Shown: piece by piece, positions 1 to 14,800 of the stretch | Numbering within the stretch: position 1 is the first letter of the stretch | Layout: each line of letters starts with the position of its first letter | From: Yuukianura sp. NJ FZ-2021 | Lineage: Eukaryota | DNA length: 64,000 nucleotides | Reading direction: 5' to 3' | Assembly: GCA_046563655.1 (NCBI GenBank) | Contig: CM102284.1 | Location: forward strand, 2,976,001 to 3,040,000 | The notes under the pieces: model-generated | What the model saw: the letters and a program-made list of their open reading frames with translations, nothing else | What the model was told of the DNA's origin: nothing | Databases searched by the model: none | Made by a program: the position numbers and the translations under genes

Positions 1-2859
1 TGGCCAATGGTTTGACTTCACTCAGAAACTGAGGTGTCGCAGCCTCAGACTTCGTTTCTTGTAACTTCAACTTCGGTAGTGGTGACACGGGATCTGCTGA
101 AGACAACTTCGTACTCCAATCGACGCAGAAGGAACCAAACGGCGCAGGCCCAGAGCTACCTCCGAGCAATTCCGATTCCGACCAACGGCTACTTCGGTCA
201 TCATTTTCGTTTTCCGGTTTTCGTGTTCCTCCGGAATCCCCGTCATCTGACCCGTCGTAACCCTTGTCAACTGCGTCCGAATTGGAATTTAAACTTTTCC
301 GTCGTTTGGCTAACTTTTCCCGCCAACGACGCTCTGCTTCGTTCAAGTCAATCAAATGGGAATAGGAAGGAAGCCCTTCTAACAGACAGCATTGCAACAA
401 AAGAGGCTGAGCGTCATTCTTACTAGCTGACCCTGACTCTGACCTTGACCTAGATCTTGACCCTGACCAATCCCTAACAGTTAATCCTTTAGAATTGACA
501 TTGCCATTCACACCGTTTTCCTCAACAACTACAAAATATTCAGATTCACTCTCAAACTCGGGTTGACTTTCGACGAATTCCGATTCTTTCTCAAATTCGG
601 GTTGACTTTCGGCGCATTCCGATTTTTTCTCAAATTCGGGTTGACTTTCGACGAATTTCCATTCTTTCTCAAATTCGGGTTGAATTTGAACAAATTCCGA
701 TTTTTCCTCAAATTCTGGTTCACTATCGACGAATTCCGATTCTTTCTCAAATTCGGGTTGGCCTTCCACGAATTTCCATTCTTTCTCAACTTCTGGTAGA
801 CTTTCGACGAATGTCATTTCCACGGCAAATTCGTGCTGAGGTTGACCTTCCACTTTTTCCTCACGCTCGGGTTGTGTTTGAGCCTCATCGATTTCAATTT
901 CTTTCTGAAACTCGCCGTGACTATCACGGAATTCCATTTCTTCCAGAAACTCCGGTTGATTTTTAACATCTTCCACTTCATCCTTGAATTTTTCTTGAAT
1001 TTGAGCTTCGTCTACCACTACTTGCTCATGAAACTGGTGTTGACTTTCGCAAAATTCCTTTTTCTCTATACACTCATGTGGAGTTGGGATTTCATCTACT
1101 TCTAGTTGTTTCTCAACCTCGTGTTGATTTTCGCAAAATCCATTTTTCTCCATAAGCTCTTGTGGAGCTTGAATTTCATCTACCTCTTGTTTCACAGAGT
1201 CGTGCTGATTTTCGCAAAAATCTTTTTCCTCTGGGAATTCGTCTTGAGTTTCGCCGATTTCCATTTCCTGCTCAACCTCAAGTTGACCTTCCTGAATTCC
1301 GGCAAACACAGATAGATTTTGCGCAGGTTCACAGATTTCCATTTGTTTATCGGACTTTTGTTGACTTTCGCCGAATTTGGCGTCTTTCTCAAACTCATTT
1401 TCACATTCCCTGTCATCCTCAAAATCTGACACCTCAAAAGCAATTTGCGAATCCAAGGGAAGCGAAACCTTGTCATCTAGCAAACTGACTGTCACACGTT
1501 CCAAAGAAGCCAAGTTACCTTCCAAGTTTTCTGCTCCATTTAGCACAACAGTTGAACTGCCTTCAGCTGCTAAACTATCAATTTCCAGAAGTTTGTCTTC
1601 CTCTGCCTTGATCCCACAAAGTCCCAGGTCGGAATGAGTAGTTTGATTAATCTGTTTTTGACTAGGCACTTCGTGTGGGTGTTGGATGTTAATTGTTTGT
1701 TCCAAGTCGCGGTTAGTTTGTTCTTTGCTAATTTTAAACTTGAGCTCGTGAGAAGACCCACTGCCTTCGTCCGCCCATACATCATTTTCATCATGCGTCT
1801 TCACCTTCTCTCCAAGGTCTCCTCCGTCGACTGAACAAAAAACATGTCCAATGCCAACTGATTCCTGCATCTCATCCTCACAAGGACTCCCAGGAATTGG
1901 CAATGTTTGCACATTTTGCGATGACCCGTGCTCTTTTTCTCTTGATTCAACTACCTTTTCTTTAGCTTTTTTCTTCCGCCCTCTTGATATAGTACTTGAT
2001 TCGGTAGACGATGCATTTTTATTGCTATTTGACGCCTTATTTGCATTTGTCTTCTTTTTAGCAGCCATTTGAGATGAAGGTGACATAGAAGCTGCTTGCG
2101 CAGCAGTGAAAGATTCGTCGGTTTGAGCAGCAGTGGAACATGCTTCGGGTTGCGCAGAAGTGTAAAAGGCGTTGGTTTGAGCGGGAGGGAAAAATAAATC
2201 GGTTGCTGCAGAAGTGAAAGACGGTGATTGGCTAAGCGATGATGAAGATTTGGATCGTCGTTTTCTGTGATGATGCTTGGATTTTTGGACAGCGGGGGAA
2301 GGTTCGTTGATTTGAATCACGAGCCCTGGAATTGTGGGATGAACAAACACAGACGTGTCACGCGTCGGCGTTTTCCTTTGTTCTGCTTCGCATGGAGTTT
2401 CGGCAACGTCGTTGTCTGTTTTGACGGACTTTAATTTTGGCGGTAACTCAATTTCGTCGGAGTGAAGATTCGGCTGAAATGAATTCACGCGTATAACAGG
2501 AGGATCTTGAGCTCTTTGGCAAATCGCGGCAAAAGAGTCTCCACCCGGGACCCACATGGGACTCGGACTTCTGCGAACGGAGGTGCTGCCACATTCTGCT
2601 CTGTTTCTATGTTGTGGAGATGGACTGAGACTCATTGGACGTAGAGTGAGCGGAGCCCTGTGAAACTGAATTTGACGTAGAGAGGGGCTGCGTGAACTGA
2701 CTCGTTCTTGCGCACGCGCTGTCGTCTTTTTTGGAGTAGGGCTTCGTTTTGATTCGATATAGGGGGGTTCTGGAGACTGCGGGCAGGGAGAAGTACCACG
2801 AGAACGGGATCGGCCGAATGCCACATCGGCGTAACTGTCCTCACTTCTAGCGACGCTTT
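1..2859 (-). CDS. Giant (>950 codon) low-complexity exon, probably of Msp300; not in the ORF track because it has no stop inside the window
   Basis: Acceptor tttttag at 2860-2866. Manual translation is open from 2857 to the window edge: [24 protein letters not shown]...[13 protein letters not shown] repeats...[14 protein letters not shown]...EVKPLA. Confidence 0.8.
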
Positions 2860-5800
2860 CTAAAAACTCACTCATTCTTTAAAAATTATTGTCGTAGCTG
2901 ACGTAACAGACTAATAATGTCGCAAATTCGGATAAATTTTGTCGAAAATCGTCATACCTACCCTATCTACACTACACTGAAACAGCTGGGGGAAACGGCT
3001 GGAGAAAATGACCAATCCCTCCTGAGAATGTCTTTAAATGTCGTGCGACTTCTCGCCTTTGCTCAAACGAAAAATCTCAGAATGAATTCAAACTTTTGCA
3101 TTTTGAAAAAGAACTTTCCAATTTTCAACCGAACTTTGCCAATTTTCCACAGAACTTTAGAGTGCAGTTTAATGGATCGCTTGAAACAAGATGTTTGATA
3201 GGGCAGTGCAGTGACTAGAATAACTGAAAAGACTAGAGCGTGTTGCGTGACGATGCAGACTGAATGAGGAACAGGATGCGCTCGCTTTTGGAAGCGATCG
3301 AGTTTTGAAGGGAAGTCAGCTTCTCCTTCCAGCTCTACGGAACAAAACAAAGCGAAAAAAGACTAAAGACGAGAAAAGAAGCAGGCTAAGAGGAGTAAAA
3401 AATAGTTTTTAAAAAAGTGGAGACAGAGACCCAGAACGAACTGTACATTGAAAAATATGTATAATCTTCTAAACAGTTAGCGATTTTGGCACCCAAAGAC
3501 TCGGATGCACCGCCCCAGCACCCACGGGTAAAAATAAAATTTTGAAGAACTTACACTTTGCTCAGTCGCCCATTTGTCTTTGTCGACGGAAGATCCAGGG
3601 ACGGCAATGTGGCGGAGATGCTGCTCTGCAGAGAAAACTTGGTTCCGAAGGGATTGAACCTCCTAGGAAAAAAAAAACAGAAAGAATTTTTTTAAAGTTG
3701 GAACCAAATCTTTAGGAATTCCAAAACTGAGCCAAGATGGTTGAGTTAAAAAAGCAAAGTACGAATGGAATAAAAAGTACTAAAAAGTCATAAAAAGACT
3801 ATAATGTGGCAGATGATTTGCTGAAAATTGGCAAAAGTATTGGTGTGTGACTTTTTTACTTCTTGCAACTTCGTAATTTCTGCGAGGGCTGTTTCCAGAT
3901 GAGAACAAAGTGATTTCACTTCTGCGTGGAATTCATCGAGACGACTCTCCAGAGCCGCAACTTGGTTTCCGATTCCGGTATCACATCCTACGCCTGATTT
4001 AAAATGGACCTGAAAAAATATTTTACCCAAATATGTTAAAAAACATAGTTTTTCAATCGGAATCTTTGAAAATGTAAGATTTACCTCCAACTTTTCGAGA
4101 CTGAGTCCAAGTTTTACTTTTTGGTTGTGAATGTCAGCGAGAAGAGTTTCACGGGAAGCGAGTTGGTCGCGAAGAGGTTTTCGTTTTGATGGTAGCGCTG
4201 TTAGTTGTCCTTTACACTTTTCAATCCAGGCACTGATTTCTTTGACGCGTGTTTCACATCTATCCCATTCATCAGAAAGTTCTTGAAGAAGTGAACACTG
4301 AAAACAAAAATCATGCTTTAGAAATCTCGTAATAAAGTTTGCATTTTTAAATTAGGAAAAGTCACCTTTGCACCAAGTTCGGTTTCTACTTCCGTTTTAA
4401 ATTGCTCAATAAATTGGAGTTTTTCTTGTAATTTTGATGCGGCTGCTGGAGCCACTTCACCGCATTTTGTGTACAGTTCACCCATTTGATTCAGTTGGTG
4501 CCTTAATTTCGCTACGGTTTTGACAGCAACCTAAAAATTAGGAAATGCTTTTTTTAGTCGACGAAAAATTATTTGGCAATAAAGTTAGACGAAAACTAAG
4601 TAAATTGTAAAAATATCCTGACTGAAAATTCGCCAAATTTTTGTCTAGCTTCCGGTAGCGACATGACGACGACTGGGGAATCCAACAGTTTCCGCTGAGT
4701 TTCTATTGTGTCCAACACCATCTCATAAAGTTGAAGGAATCGTTGCCAAGCATCGAGTGACTCTCCAACCTACTCAACAAAACACAAGAATAAAAATACA
4801 AATGCGTAGAAAATTTTATTCTAACTAACATAACCTAATGAAACAAATTTTTAACAAGGACAAGTTACAAATTAGCTAACCTGTTTTTTACGGCTTTCAA
4901 TAGCACTTTTTACGTTGAGCACATCTTTCTCTGTCAACGCAAGGTCAGAGGTGATGCCAGCTCTTTCCTGGATATCTTCAACTTTCTCCGCTAATTCAGC
5001 TCCTTCTTTCTTCCAAGTTTCTAACTGGTCCAAAATTGTTGGAATCTGACCAAACAAGGTCTACCGCAAAACAGTTAAGAGAGAATTATGGATTCAACGG
5101 GCACGGATAGTGTTTTTAGGTATTAAAGTATATAATTAATTATTAAAATAATTAACATAATGAATAATTATTATCAACTTATTACTTGAATAATTTCTTT
5201 AAGTGCGAGTGGATCTTGCATCTCCTCTTCGAGTTTTGCCTCTGACATTTTGACCCAGTTGCGGAGTGTTTCCAGTCCTCGGTCGTATTTGGCTTTCAGT
5301 TCTTGCTGATTCCTATTCTCCTGTCGCATTCGTTCTAACTTTCCCTCTAGTTTTTCGAGATCAATTTCCAGTGTCAATAAGGTTTCAGCAATTGAAGTTG
5401 GAACGCTTTGGTTCAGGCCGGAAAATTTATCCAGAACTTTCCCCCGGACTTGTGTTAAGTTCTGCAGAATCGAGAGCCTCTCCTTGTCCAATTTCTAAGC
5501 AAAAAAAAATTAAATAATCCTAAGAGTAAACAGCATCAAAAATTAGGATTGGACAAAAAAAACGTTCTAAAAAGAAATAATTTTGATAAATTAGACGCCT
5601 AATAAATTAGTGTTATGTAAATTAGACTAGTAAAAAGAATTATTCTTGAAAGAGATATATAAAGCTAACTTACGTCAATGACGCTTGTTGAAGCGGCCCC
5701 TGGACGGACAGTTTCCAATTCCGAGTCAATTGCTGCCACTTGACGACGCAGACGCTCAAGCGTTTCTTCCACCTCAGCCAAAAATTTGTCTTGGCTGTTT

Positions 5801-8800
5801 AACCATTGTAGTTTTTCTTCGAGAAGACGTATAAGTCTAAAATAGAAAAAAAAGAAGAAATTAATAAAATAAAAAAAACAATAATTAAACAAAACATTAG
5901 GATGTGCGCAGAATCCCTTAACCAAATTTTGTTTTAAATTCACTAACGTTTGGTGGTGTTCTGTTAGTTGATCTAGTTTGGTCCTCAGCGAATTTTGTTG
6001 AATTTCTGTTCCCGTGTGACCTTTCAAGTGAGCCAAAATGTAGTTTGCGTGTTCGACGAGTGAGGTGTGGGTTGGTTCAAGAGCTTTTGCTTCTTGTAGG
6101 ATTAGACTAATGAGACTTCGGGTAGCTTCAAGTTGAGCTTGTGACTTCAAGTACGGGTCAATCTGTCCAAATTTTTCCTCGGCCATTCGCAATCCTGCTT
6201 CAAATCGCTTCCAAAGGCGTTCGCATTCTTCCCATCTCGAGATGATTTGTTGGCATTCTCCCTTCTTCTCCGCCGCTTCTGACTTCAGTTTTTCCAAAGT
6301 AGCAGCAAAAGCGTCAATGTGACCTTCAATTTTGGCTTTGGTCGGAGGAAGAGCTGAGCTGATGAGCAATTCAGCGGCAGAGCGGTAGCTTTCAAATGCC
6401 GATTCAGCTTTGTCTATGTTGGAAATGGTGTTGGCAATTTGAACAGCACTTGATCTGAGTTGTGGTAGATTGGCGCCAAGTTCTTTTGGAATCAAAATGG
6501 CTGCAAGTAACTCTTCCTGTCCCTCTTTCAGTTCTAAATAGTTGTCCCACGTTTGACGATTTTTTTCTAAAAGGGCTTGGCGTTCAAGGGCTTCGTTCCT
6601 TAGGCTGCTAACAGACTCATCCAAGCTCTCCAGTTCTCTTGACGTAACGTGTTGGTCCAAAACACCAAGAGATGGCAGTAGAAGTTGAAGTAAATGTCGC
6701 AGTGGCTGTAGTTTTGAAATCGCTTGATTCTGAGGGCCAAATAAACTCTTCAGTTGCTCCAATGCGTTGTCGGAATTTTCATAGTCTTTCAAAACATCGT
6801 CCTGCTGAAGGAGATTCTCCGCATTCTTTACCCAGTCTTTGATTTTCTGAAACTCAGTCCAGTATTTCTCCCGCCTTTCTTCGTTTTCTGTCAAATAAGC
6901 TGCTCTAGCATCCAGTTCTAGTGGAATTCGGTTGAGAAGCGATTTTGCCTCAGCTACTTTTTCAGCCAAGGTTGACGGCAGTGATTCGTCTTGCTCAAGT
7001 GCAGAAAGTGTTGAACCGAGATTGATTAAATGTGCAGTCACTTCCCGCTCTAAGGCTCCATGTTCCCGAATTTCATCTGCGATGTTGGACGGATGCAGGA
7101 GTGGACGAGATTTGACGAGACCTTCCTTTTCATGTAGCCATTGAATTTGAGCGTCCATTTCAGCGCCGGCCTTCAAGTACTCTTCAGCCAAGTGTGCAAA
7201 TTCGGCTTTCAGGGCCGTCGCGTCAGCACGAAATGAGTGAACTTGCTGCCTCAGATCTTGCAACTCCTTAACAATCGTATTTCTATCTTCTACTCCAACT
7301 TCTTCCATCATCTGATTCCCTTTGTCCGTTGCCATTGACAATTTGGCCTCGGCTTCTTGCAGGGGACCAATCAGTTCATCGCATCTTTCAATTTTCTTCT
7401 CAACAGGGTCAGTCCCTAGCCTGATTTCTCCAAGAATTGGAACAAATCTGAATAAAAATGCCTTTACGTCTCCAGTGAGAGCAGAATATTGTTGCTGGAG
7501 AAGTACAAGATTTCGTAATTTGGAGCCACTCGCTTCTATTTCTGCCAAAAGTTCATCTTCAGTCTTCAAAAGAGCCTGGAATTCATCTGACGTCCGAAAA
7601 TTTGCGTAGTCCCGAGCATCCAAAACTCTTCTTTGTTCTTGCACAAATTCAGCCAGTTCTTCGTAACTTCCCAGGAGTGTCTCCAGCGTATCTAGTTTTA
7701 AGTTGAGCGCCAATTCGCTCAACTGCGTTCTCACTTTTTCTATAAACTTTTCGTGAGCTGAAATGAGATCTGATAGTTCGGCTATTGATTTTTCCTTGTT
7801 TCGAACTCGCTGGATTTTTTCGTTTAAATCGGCAAGGACTCTCTCCAGGGGCCGTCGAAGGGATTGGATTTGATCATCAAATTGCTGTTTGTTTGGTTGG
7901 TTCAATTGAGACACAAGGGCCAAGTCACGCATGGCCTCAACTTCATCCAAAACTCTTTGTGACGATCCCATGAGCTGTTCATACTGAAAAAATTGAAAAG
8001 TATTTAAAATTGTTAAAATTATATTTATTATTATAATGTGTTCACATACGGTATTTAATTGAATTTTCAGCTTCGCAGTATTATAGTCGGTCACATCTTG
8101 ACCCGTTCTGGAAATGATGTCTGCCGTCTCCGCCTTGATTTTTTCAACTTGAGCATCAAATGCTTTACGTTCTTGCAAAGCATTTTCGAGACGCTCGATT
8201 TGCCCTTGAGCTTGGCTCCTCAAATTCACAATTTCGTTCTTCAGTGACCCCATTAACGCTTTGAGCTTCTTCGAATCCGATTCATCCGAATCACGTTCCA
8301 AGGCAGTTGCCTGTTTGAACAGATCTGTGAACGACGCGTCAAAATCTTCCAGTGCAATCCGTCCAAATCTCTGTAAACAGAAAAGACTTGTCATACTATC
8401 TAAAAAATACTAAAAAATTTTATCGTAAAATAAGTTATAGACTTTGTTCATAATTTTTGAAATTTGTACCTTCAGATCGCTTATTTTGCGTTCCACGGTT
8501 TGACTTGAAAGTGGAATGTGTGGTTCCTCAACCAACTCTTTTTCAAAGTTATTAATTCGAAGTTTGATGGCATCCAAATTATCCTTGAATCTCTTGCGAG
8601 TGAGAATCGCTTCCGATAGGCGCTGAGCAGCCGCTCTCAATTGTTCCAGACAGTCATTCTGTGAAGCATTCATCTTTTCAAGTTGTTCTTCAAGTGGCCT
8701 AACTTCTGATTCTTCCAGTTCTGACTTGAGAGCGTCCAGACGTCTACTCAAAGTAGTCAGAGCCAGCCCAGTATTCTCCAGCGTTTTCAGTTTTTGCCTC

Positions 8801-11800
8801 ACTGTTGAATGGAGTGGTTCCACCAGAGCAATTTCGTAACCGATTTTGTCTAGAGCAGGAATTGCACAGTCGTTCAAATCTGATTGACATTTGGCGAGAT
8901 CCGTTTTGAATTGAGTCAATGCTTCGGTCGTTCCTGACAAAATTTTTTGTCGATTTGTGATTCGTTTCGAAACGGCCTTGAATCGCTGTTCAAGACTCTT
9001 CAACTGATCTTCTGAAAACTGCATGCCGACGACTGCAGCATTGGAATTCAATTTCTTTAGCATCTCCACAGCGTCTGGAATTGAAATTCCAACTAAATTG
9101 GTAATAATTTTCAGTTTCTCTGCCAGAACGACTCCAGCTCCTCTCTCCGCCGAATCAGCTCCACTTCGAAGCAATTGAATTGTTTTGTCGAAATCGGAGA
9201 TTTCTTGCTGAAACGCTGCGAGCCGCCCGTGCTGATCCGATCTCAACTGAATGCAATTTTCAGCCTCGGTTCCGGTTCGGAGAAGAAGGTCCTTCAGTTC
9301 AGGTTTGTAAGGAACTTCCACGATTCCACCCTCCTCTATTTCAAGTTCTGCCAGAGTCATCATTTTTTCTGCCACATCCTAAAATTATCATTCAAACATA
9401 GTAACCATTTCCAAAAAGTAGTAATCAAGAATTTTTTTTGGAATTTGAGTTTTCAGTTACAGATCTTATTCCGTCGAGAGTTTTCATTTCCGCTTCCAGC
9501 GATTCCGGTCTTTGCCTGAGCGGCTGAACAGAAATGTTTTTCAAAGTTAGCAAATTTTCCTCTGCCCACTTCTCCATTTCGTCCTTCTTTGCCTTGATTT
9601 CATCCAAGGCGCTCATATTGCTTCCAACTTCAGTCATATTCGATTGAATCTAATAAAACATAATAACATAAATTAATAATAATAGAAATTAATTATAATA
9701 TCAATTAATTCTTATAATTAATCAATTTAGTTAAAGTTTAAATCGTACTTGATCTATTGTATCCTCCAGTCTAGAACGAACAACCAATTCCCGATCCGGA
9801 ATCGGTTGGAGCAGAGCTTCTTGTGGACTTGATGGACGAGACAAGGAAGCGGCAGCACTCGAAGCATTTTGAACCGCCAAATTCAAGCGACTCTTCTCGC
9901 CTTGAACGTGATTGTGCAACAATCTCAGTTTTTCCAATTTGCCAACCAAATCTCCTCTGCAGACCACTGACTCCTCCATGGTAGCGGAGATCTGTGGTTC
10001 CCATTGGTCTAAATTCTCCATGATGCTTCTGAGTGTCTCCTCATAGGCCTGGAACACTTTTAGAGAGTCCAGGAGACGAGCTTTGATTTGATTTCCAGTA
10101 CGCATGAGCGACGCATAGCTTTCAGCGATGTTTGCAAGTTGTGGCTCCACCGTTTCCTGGAGCGTCGGATAGCGTCGAATCTGTTCCTCCCCTTTTAGAT
10201 TTAGAAGAACGATAGTCTGCCCATAGTCGCTCATTTCTTGCATCAATGTGTCGTGTGTCTCGATTTGAACTTCAGTCTGTTCTTCGTTTGTAATACACAA
10301 GGAATTCTGGGTCATCAGTTGAAATGATGTTTGCAGAATCCACTTCTCAACGTCTTGACACAATGCACGGAATTCTGCTGACGATTCCAACTCTCGCGTT
10401 GCTTCTGCCTCCAGCTTTCCAATTAATTCAGCAAGGTTTCGCAAACTTTCGCGTAAACGTGCGGCGCTTTCAATTGGTTCCCGATCGTTTGAAGAGTTAC
10501 TAAGCTCTTCAGCTTCAGCATTGAGCCGCTCCACTTCAACTGTTTGATCTTGTGCAACTTCTCTTGCGAGTGCCTAATTCAAAATAGACGGAAAAAACTT
10601 GAAGTAATTCACAATAGTACTAACAATTAAAAAAATAAAAAATACTCTTACTTTATACATGTCAAAACGACATTTCAAATCACCGACATCTCCAGATTTT
10701 CTTTCGCTCAAAATGTCAAGCTTGTCTTGTATCCATCCTTGTGCATTTTTGAGTCCATCATAAAAGTCTTCCCACCGTGAAATGTTTTCCTTCAATTCAG
10801 AAATTCTTCTCTGCAACTTCATAGAGTATTTGGAGAACTCTTCACGTAAAAGCGCAATCTCTTCTTTGATTGGCTGTTGAGAATCAGATGAAATCACGGT
10901 AAGGACTCTCGCAAAACTTTCGTGCAGCTTGTTCAACAGTAACTCTCCCTCTGGAAGTCTGCTTGTCATGGATTCCCCAATTTTCAATTTTTCCTTCAAA
11001 GCTTCAAAATCGCCAAATCCAGAGATTTCGGTGAAAACCGATTCTGCATTTGCTAACCATTCGGCGAAGGCTTCTTTACAAGCAATAAGCTCAGTTTGAT
11101 CAGCAACATTTTTCTGCAACTTGGACAAAACTGCATGAATTCCGGCAATCTGAGCAGTGGAACGTGCCTGTAACTCAATCGCTTCTTGTCGAACTCGCGG
11201 ACAGGCGCTGATGCTCATCAAATGCTCTGATTTTTCATTCAACTCGTCAAGCAATCCGCAGTGAGACGCAAATTCATGCTGCAATTTCTTGGCGTTTTGT
11301 AAGTCCGTCGCTGTTGGTTTAAATTCTGGTTCCTCCGTTTTGTTTTTCAAGTCGTCTAACTCCTTCTCACACTTGTCAAACAGTTGAGACAATTTTTGAA
11401 CCAAATCTTCAAATTTGTTCCAAACGTCAACTCCCGCCAAAAGTTCTTTTTGAGCCAACTCAACTTGGTTAGCCAAAGCTTCTCGTTCTGCTTCGATTGT
11501 CCGAATTTTATTTCTGACGTGGTCGACGCTAGCCATATTCGGTTCTTCCAGCACTTTTTCTCCAAGGTCTTTTAACTCTTGGACGTCGGCTTCAATTGGG
11601 ACTATTTCATTGCTAAGTTGAGCTAATTTTTCAGCTCTTTCCTGCAGAAGCGACTTTTCTCCATGGGTGTCCGCCAATTGCTGAAGACGCAGACGTAGTT
11701 TGCCAAGATTGTTGGTCAGTTCACTGGCCTTTGCTGAAAATTTCTCATGAGCTTCGTTCAAATTTTCCAATGATGCTATCATAAACTGAATTCGTTGAGT

Positions 11801-14800
11801 CAATTCAGCTGCATTGTTCGGAATGCTTCTAAACTTAGAACTTTCTGACAGTCCAGGAACTGCGTCCAGTTTGGCTTGATACGCATCCAATATACTTCCA
11901 TGAGCGTCCACTTCTTTGAGAAGACCTTTGACCTTTTCCAGTCCAAAACGCTTTTCTTCCATATCCTGATGTGCTTGTGCAGATTCAATAGTTCTTAGCT
12001 TTTCGTCCATTTCTTCCAACCATGACTGAATGGCTTCAAAATTTGACTGGAGATCCTGCAACATTGTGGCTCGACCTTTCAGTTTTAACTTTTTGTCTTC
12101 GTAAAGCGCCATGAGTGAACTAAACAATTCCTGAAGCGACTCTCCGGATTCTTCATCCTCTTGTCCCGAAGCGGGAGACGCTGATAACACTTTTGCTTTC
12201 AATTCTTCAACGTAGCGTAACTTGTTCTGACCTTGTTCGAGTGTTGGCTTCATTCCAGTCAGAAGTTGGAGTTGAGCGTTCACTATGCCCAAGTCAGCCG
12301 GTAGAGGGCCAAGGGAATTGAGTTTTTCTGTATTTGCTTCTATCCAGGCGTTGAGCTCATCCGAAAGTGATCTGTACTGTTGATGCTCCTAATGAAAATA
12401 ACTTTTATTGATTTTTTTTTCCAAATGATTTATGATTTTTTAAATCTCCCAAATTTCGTTCCAGCGATTTCAAAATATTTTAATATTTCAAAATGTACCT
12501 GGTATAGCATCTCCAGTCGCCTGATGATTTCTTTGCTCAAGGCCAGTAAAGTGTTGTACTTTGTCGATACTTCCGTAACGGCATTAGTGACACGACAGTC
12601 TGAGAAGTTGGCCAGTAGTTCCTGAGCATCTAAATGCAAATTGTCCAACTCCTTCTGCCAATCAAAAACTTCCTGGAGCTTGACCTGAAATTGTTCCAGT
12701 GCCTCTTTCTTCTCCTCCAATCGCTGAGTCGGTGCACTCAGTCGTCGAACTGCTGCTTCTTCAGCCGTGAGCCACTCATCCGCTTGTTTTAGATTTTGTT
12801 CAAATGCTTTCTGTTGGACCAACCCAACCTCCAGCATTTGTTTTGTTCTTGTCAACGACTCTGCGTAGTTGTCAAATTCTTCTGCACAGACTGCCACTTG
12901 TTGCTCAACCAGCTCGCGTTCATCTTCCGGAAGGATATTGCATGCTTCGTTGCCTTTGCTCAGTACGGCGTTTAGTTTCCCTTGTCCATCGGGCAGCTCT
13001 GCAGCAAGAACGGTGATTTGACTAATCTTGACGCCGAGGTCACCAGTTGCTTCGGCAACTTTACCCAAACGTTCCTTGGAATTCCGAACCCATGTCATGA
13101 ACTCGTGCACGACATGTGCAAAATCCTACAAATTACAATCATACCGTTAAAAAAACTATTTTCAGTCAATTTAAGTTTTCAATTTCAATTTTTCAACAAA
13201 TAGAAAACTTTTTTACACATAAATGCCATACAAGCTATATTACCTGATCAATTTCCACCGCAACTTTTTGCTTCGAATACAGTTGCTGTGCAGAGTTGAC
13301 AAGTTTTTCATATTGTGTCGTAATTTCTGACGCAGGTTCTTCGTTTTGCAGCGTTTTTCCTTTTGTCGCCAAAGTTTCAATGAGTGGCTCCAAGCAGACA
13401 ATATCCTGCACAATTGTACTGGCAGCACGCAAATTGGCCTTCTTCGACTGAGATCCACCCTGAACAACTTTCTCCAGTTTGGCCTCCCGCTCGCTGATCC
13501 ACTCCTTGGCCAAATTATACGAAGTGTTGAAGTCAGCCCATTCCAGCAGTTTCTGATTCAGGGATGCCTTGGCTCCGGACAGTTTCTTCGTCACTCGGTC
13601 CCACTCGGCCTGCAGATCGTGCATCTCGTTGTTGATGGCGTCTTTACCGTCTGAGCGTGTGTTGCGAGTAGCTTTCTCCCCCCATTCCAAGGCAGACGTC
13701 AACAGGTTTTTATCGGTCTCTTGATTCCGAATCAAATCCTGTGATAAAATTTCAGTTTTGTTTTTTTTTGTATAGTACAATATTAATTTCCTTGTTGAAA
13801 AATTGTTTTGTTTATACGTCAATTTTGTCCAGAGTCTCTTGAATCCGCTCCTTTCTGGAAGAGGAAGTCGTGTCTGCTGAGTCATGAAGAAGTTCTCGAG
13901 CGTTTTCGATCCACGCTTTGGCTCCATCAATGGCTTTTACAAACTCGTTGTGACACTCAAACGTGGTTTCAACTTTTTTCAGAATGTCATTTCCTATGGT
14001 CACTTGGACCTGCAACATAGTCAAAAATTTTAAATTTTAAAAAACATTGAATTTTTGAAAAAACTTTTTACCTGATTTCTAGCGTTCAATCGCTGGAGTT
14101 GGGCGGATACGTAGTTCTCCAACGGTGATTTGAGTAACTGTGTTGTTACCGGAGATGTGTTGAATGCTTCCATGTCTTTCTGACCTTCTGTCAACTTGTT
14201 CACTACAGCTTGTGTGTCTTCAACTTTCTGTCGTTTCTCTTCCAGGCTTCCAGGAAGTGTCGTCTTTACATTCTTCAACAAAATGTCATTCTGTTGAATC
14301 CAGTCGCTGAGTCGTTCGTACTCTTCCCGCCACTGATTTAAACTCGTCATAGTTCTGCCCAAAGCCTCCTTTTCATCTTCAATTTCTCGAAACAGACTTT
14401 CCAGTGCCTCTCCCATTGCACGTATTTCTGCTTCTATTACCGAACTTTGTTCAGGTGCAACATGAGCCACGACAAGCGAACCGAGTTGTTGTAGTTGCTC
14501 CAACAAAACTAAACCTTGAGGTTTCTTGTTCATTAGTGCAGCGTATGTAGCATTGGCAGACTCAACTTCGATAACTCCATTACCAGAAGCCGATGCTCGA
14601 GGAAGTCGTTCACGCAGACGCGTCAACCACATGACCAATTCCTGGTGCGCATCTTTGTAACCACGATGGAACTTGTACTGATTCTCCTTCTCGTTTTGCA
14701 AATCCTTCAACCTGTTCCGAACGTCAGTAAACCTTTGCAAAATTCCAACAGCGCGTTTTTTCTTGTCACTCGGCGTGAGGTCATCCACCTTTTGCTGTAG

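Noticed and set aside
551-823. 39-bp repeats as a CRISPR array, or as ORFs 529-789 (-) and 563-799 (+)
   Set aside because: Contiguous tandem units with no unique spacers, eukaryotic context and no cas genes. The listed ORFs are off-frame or antisense shadows of the open [13 protein letters not shown] frame.
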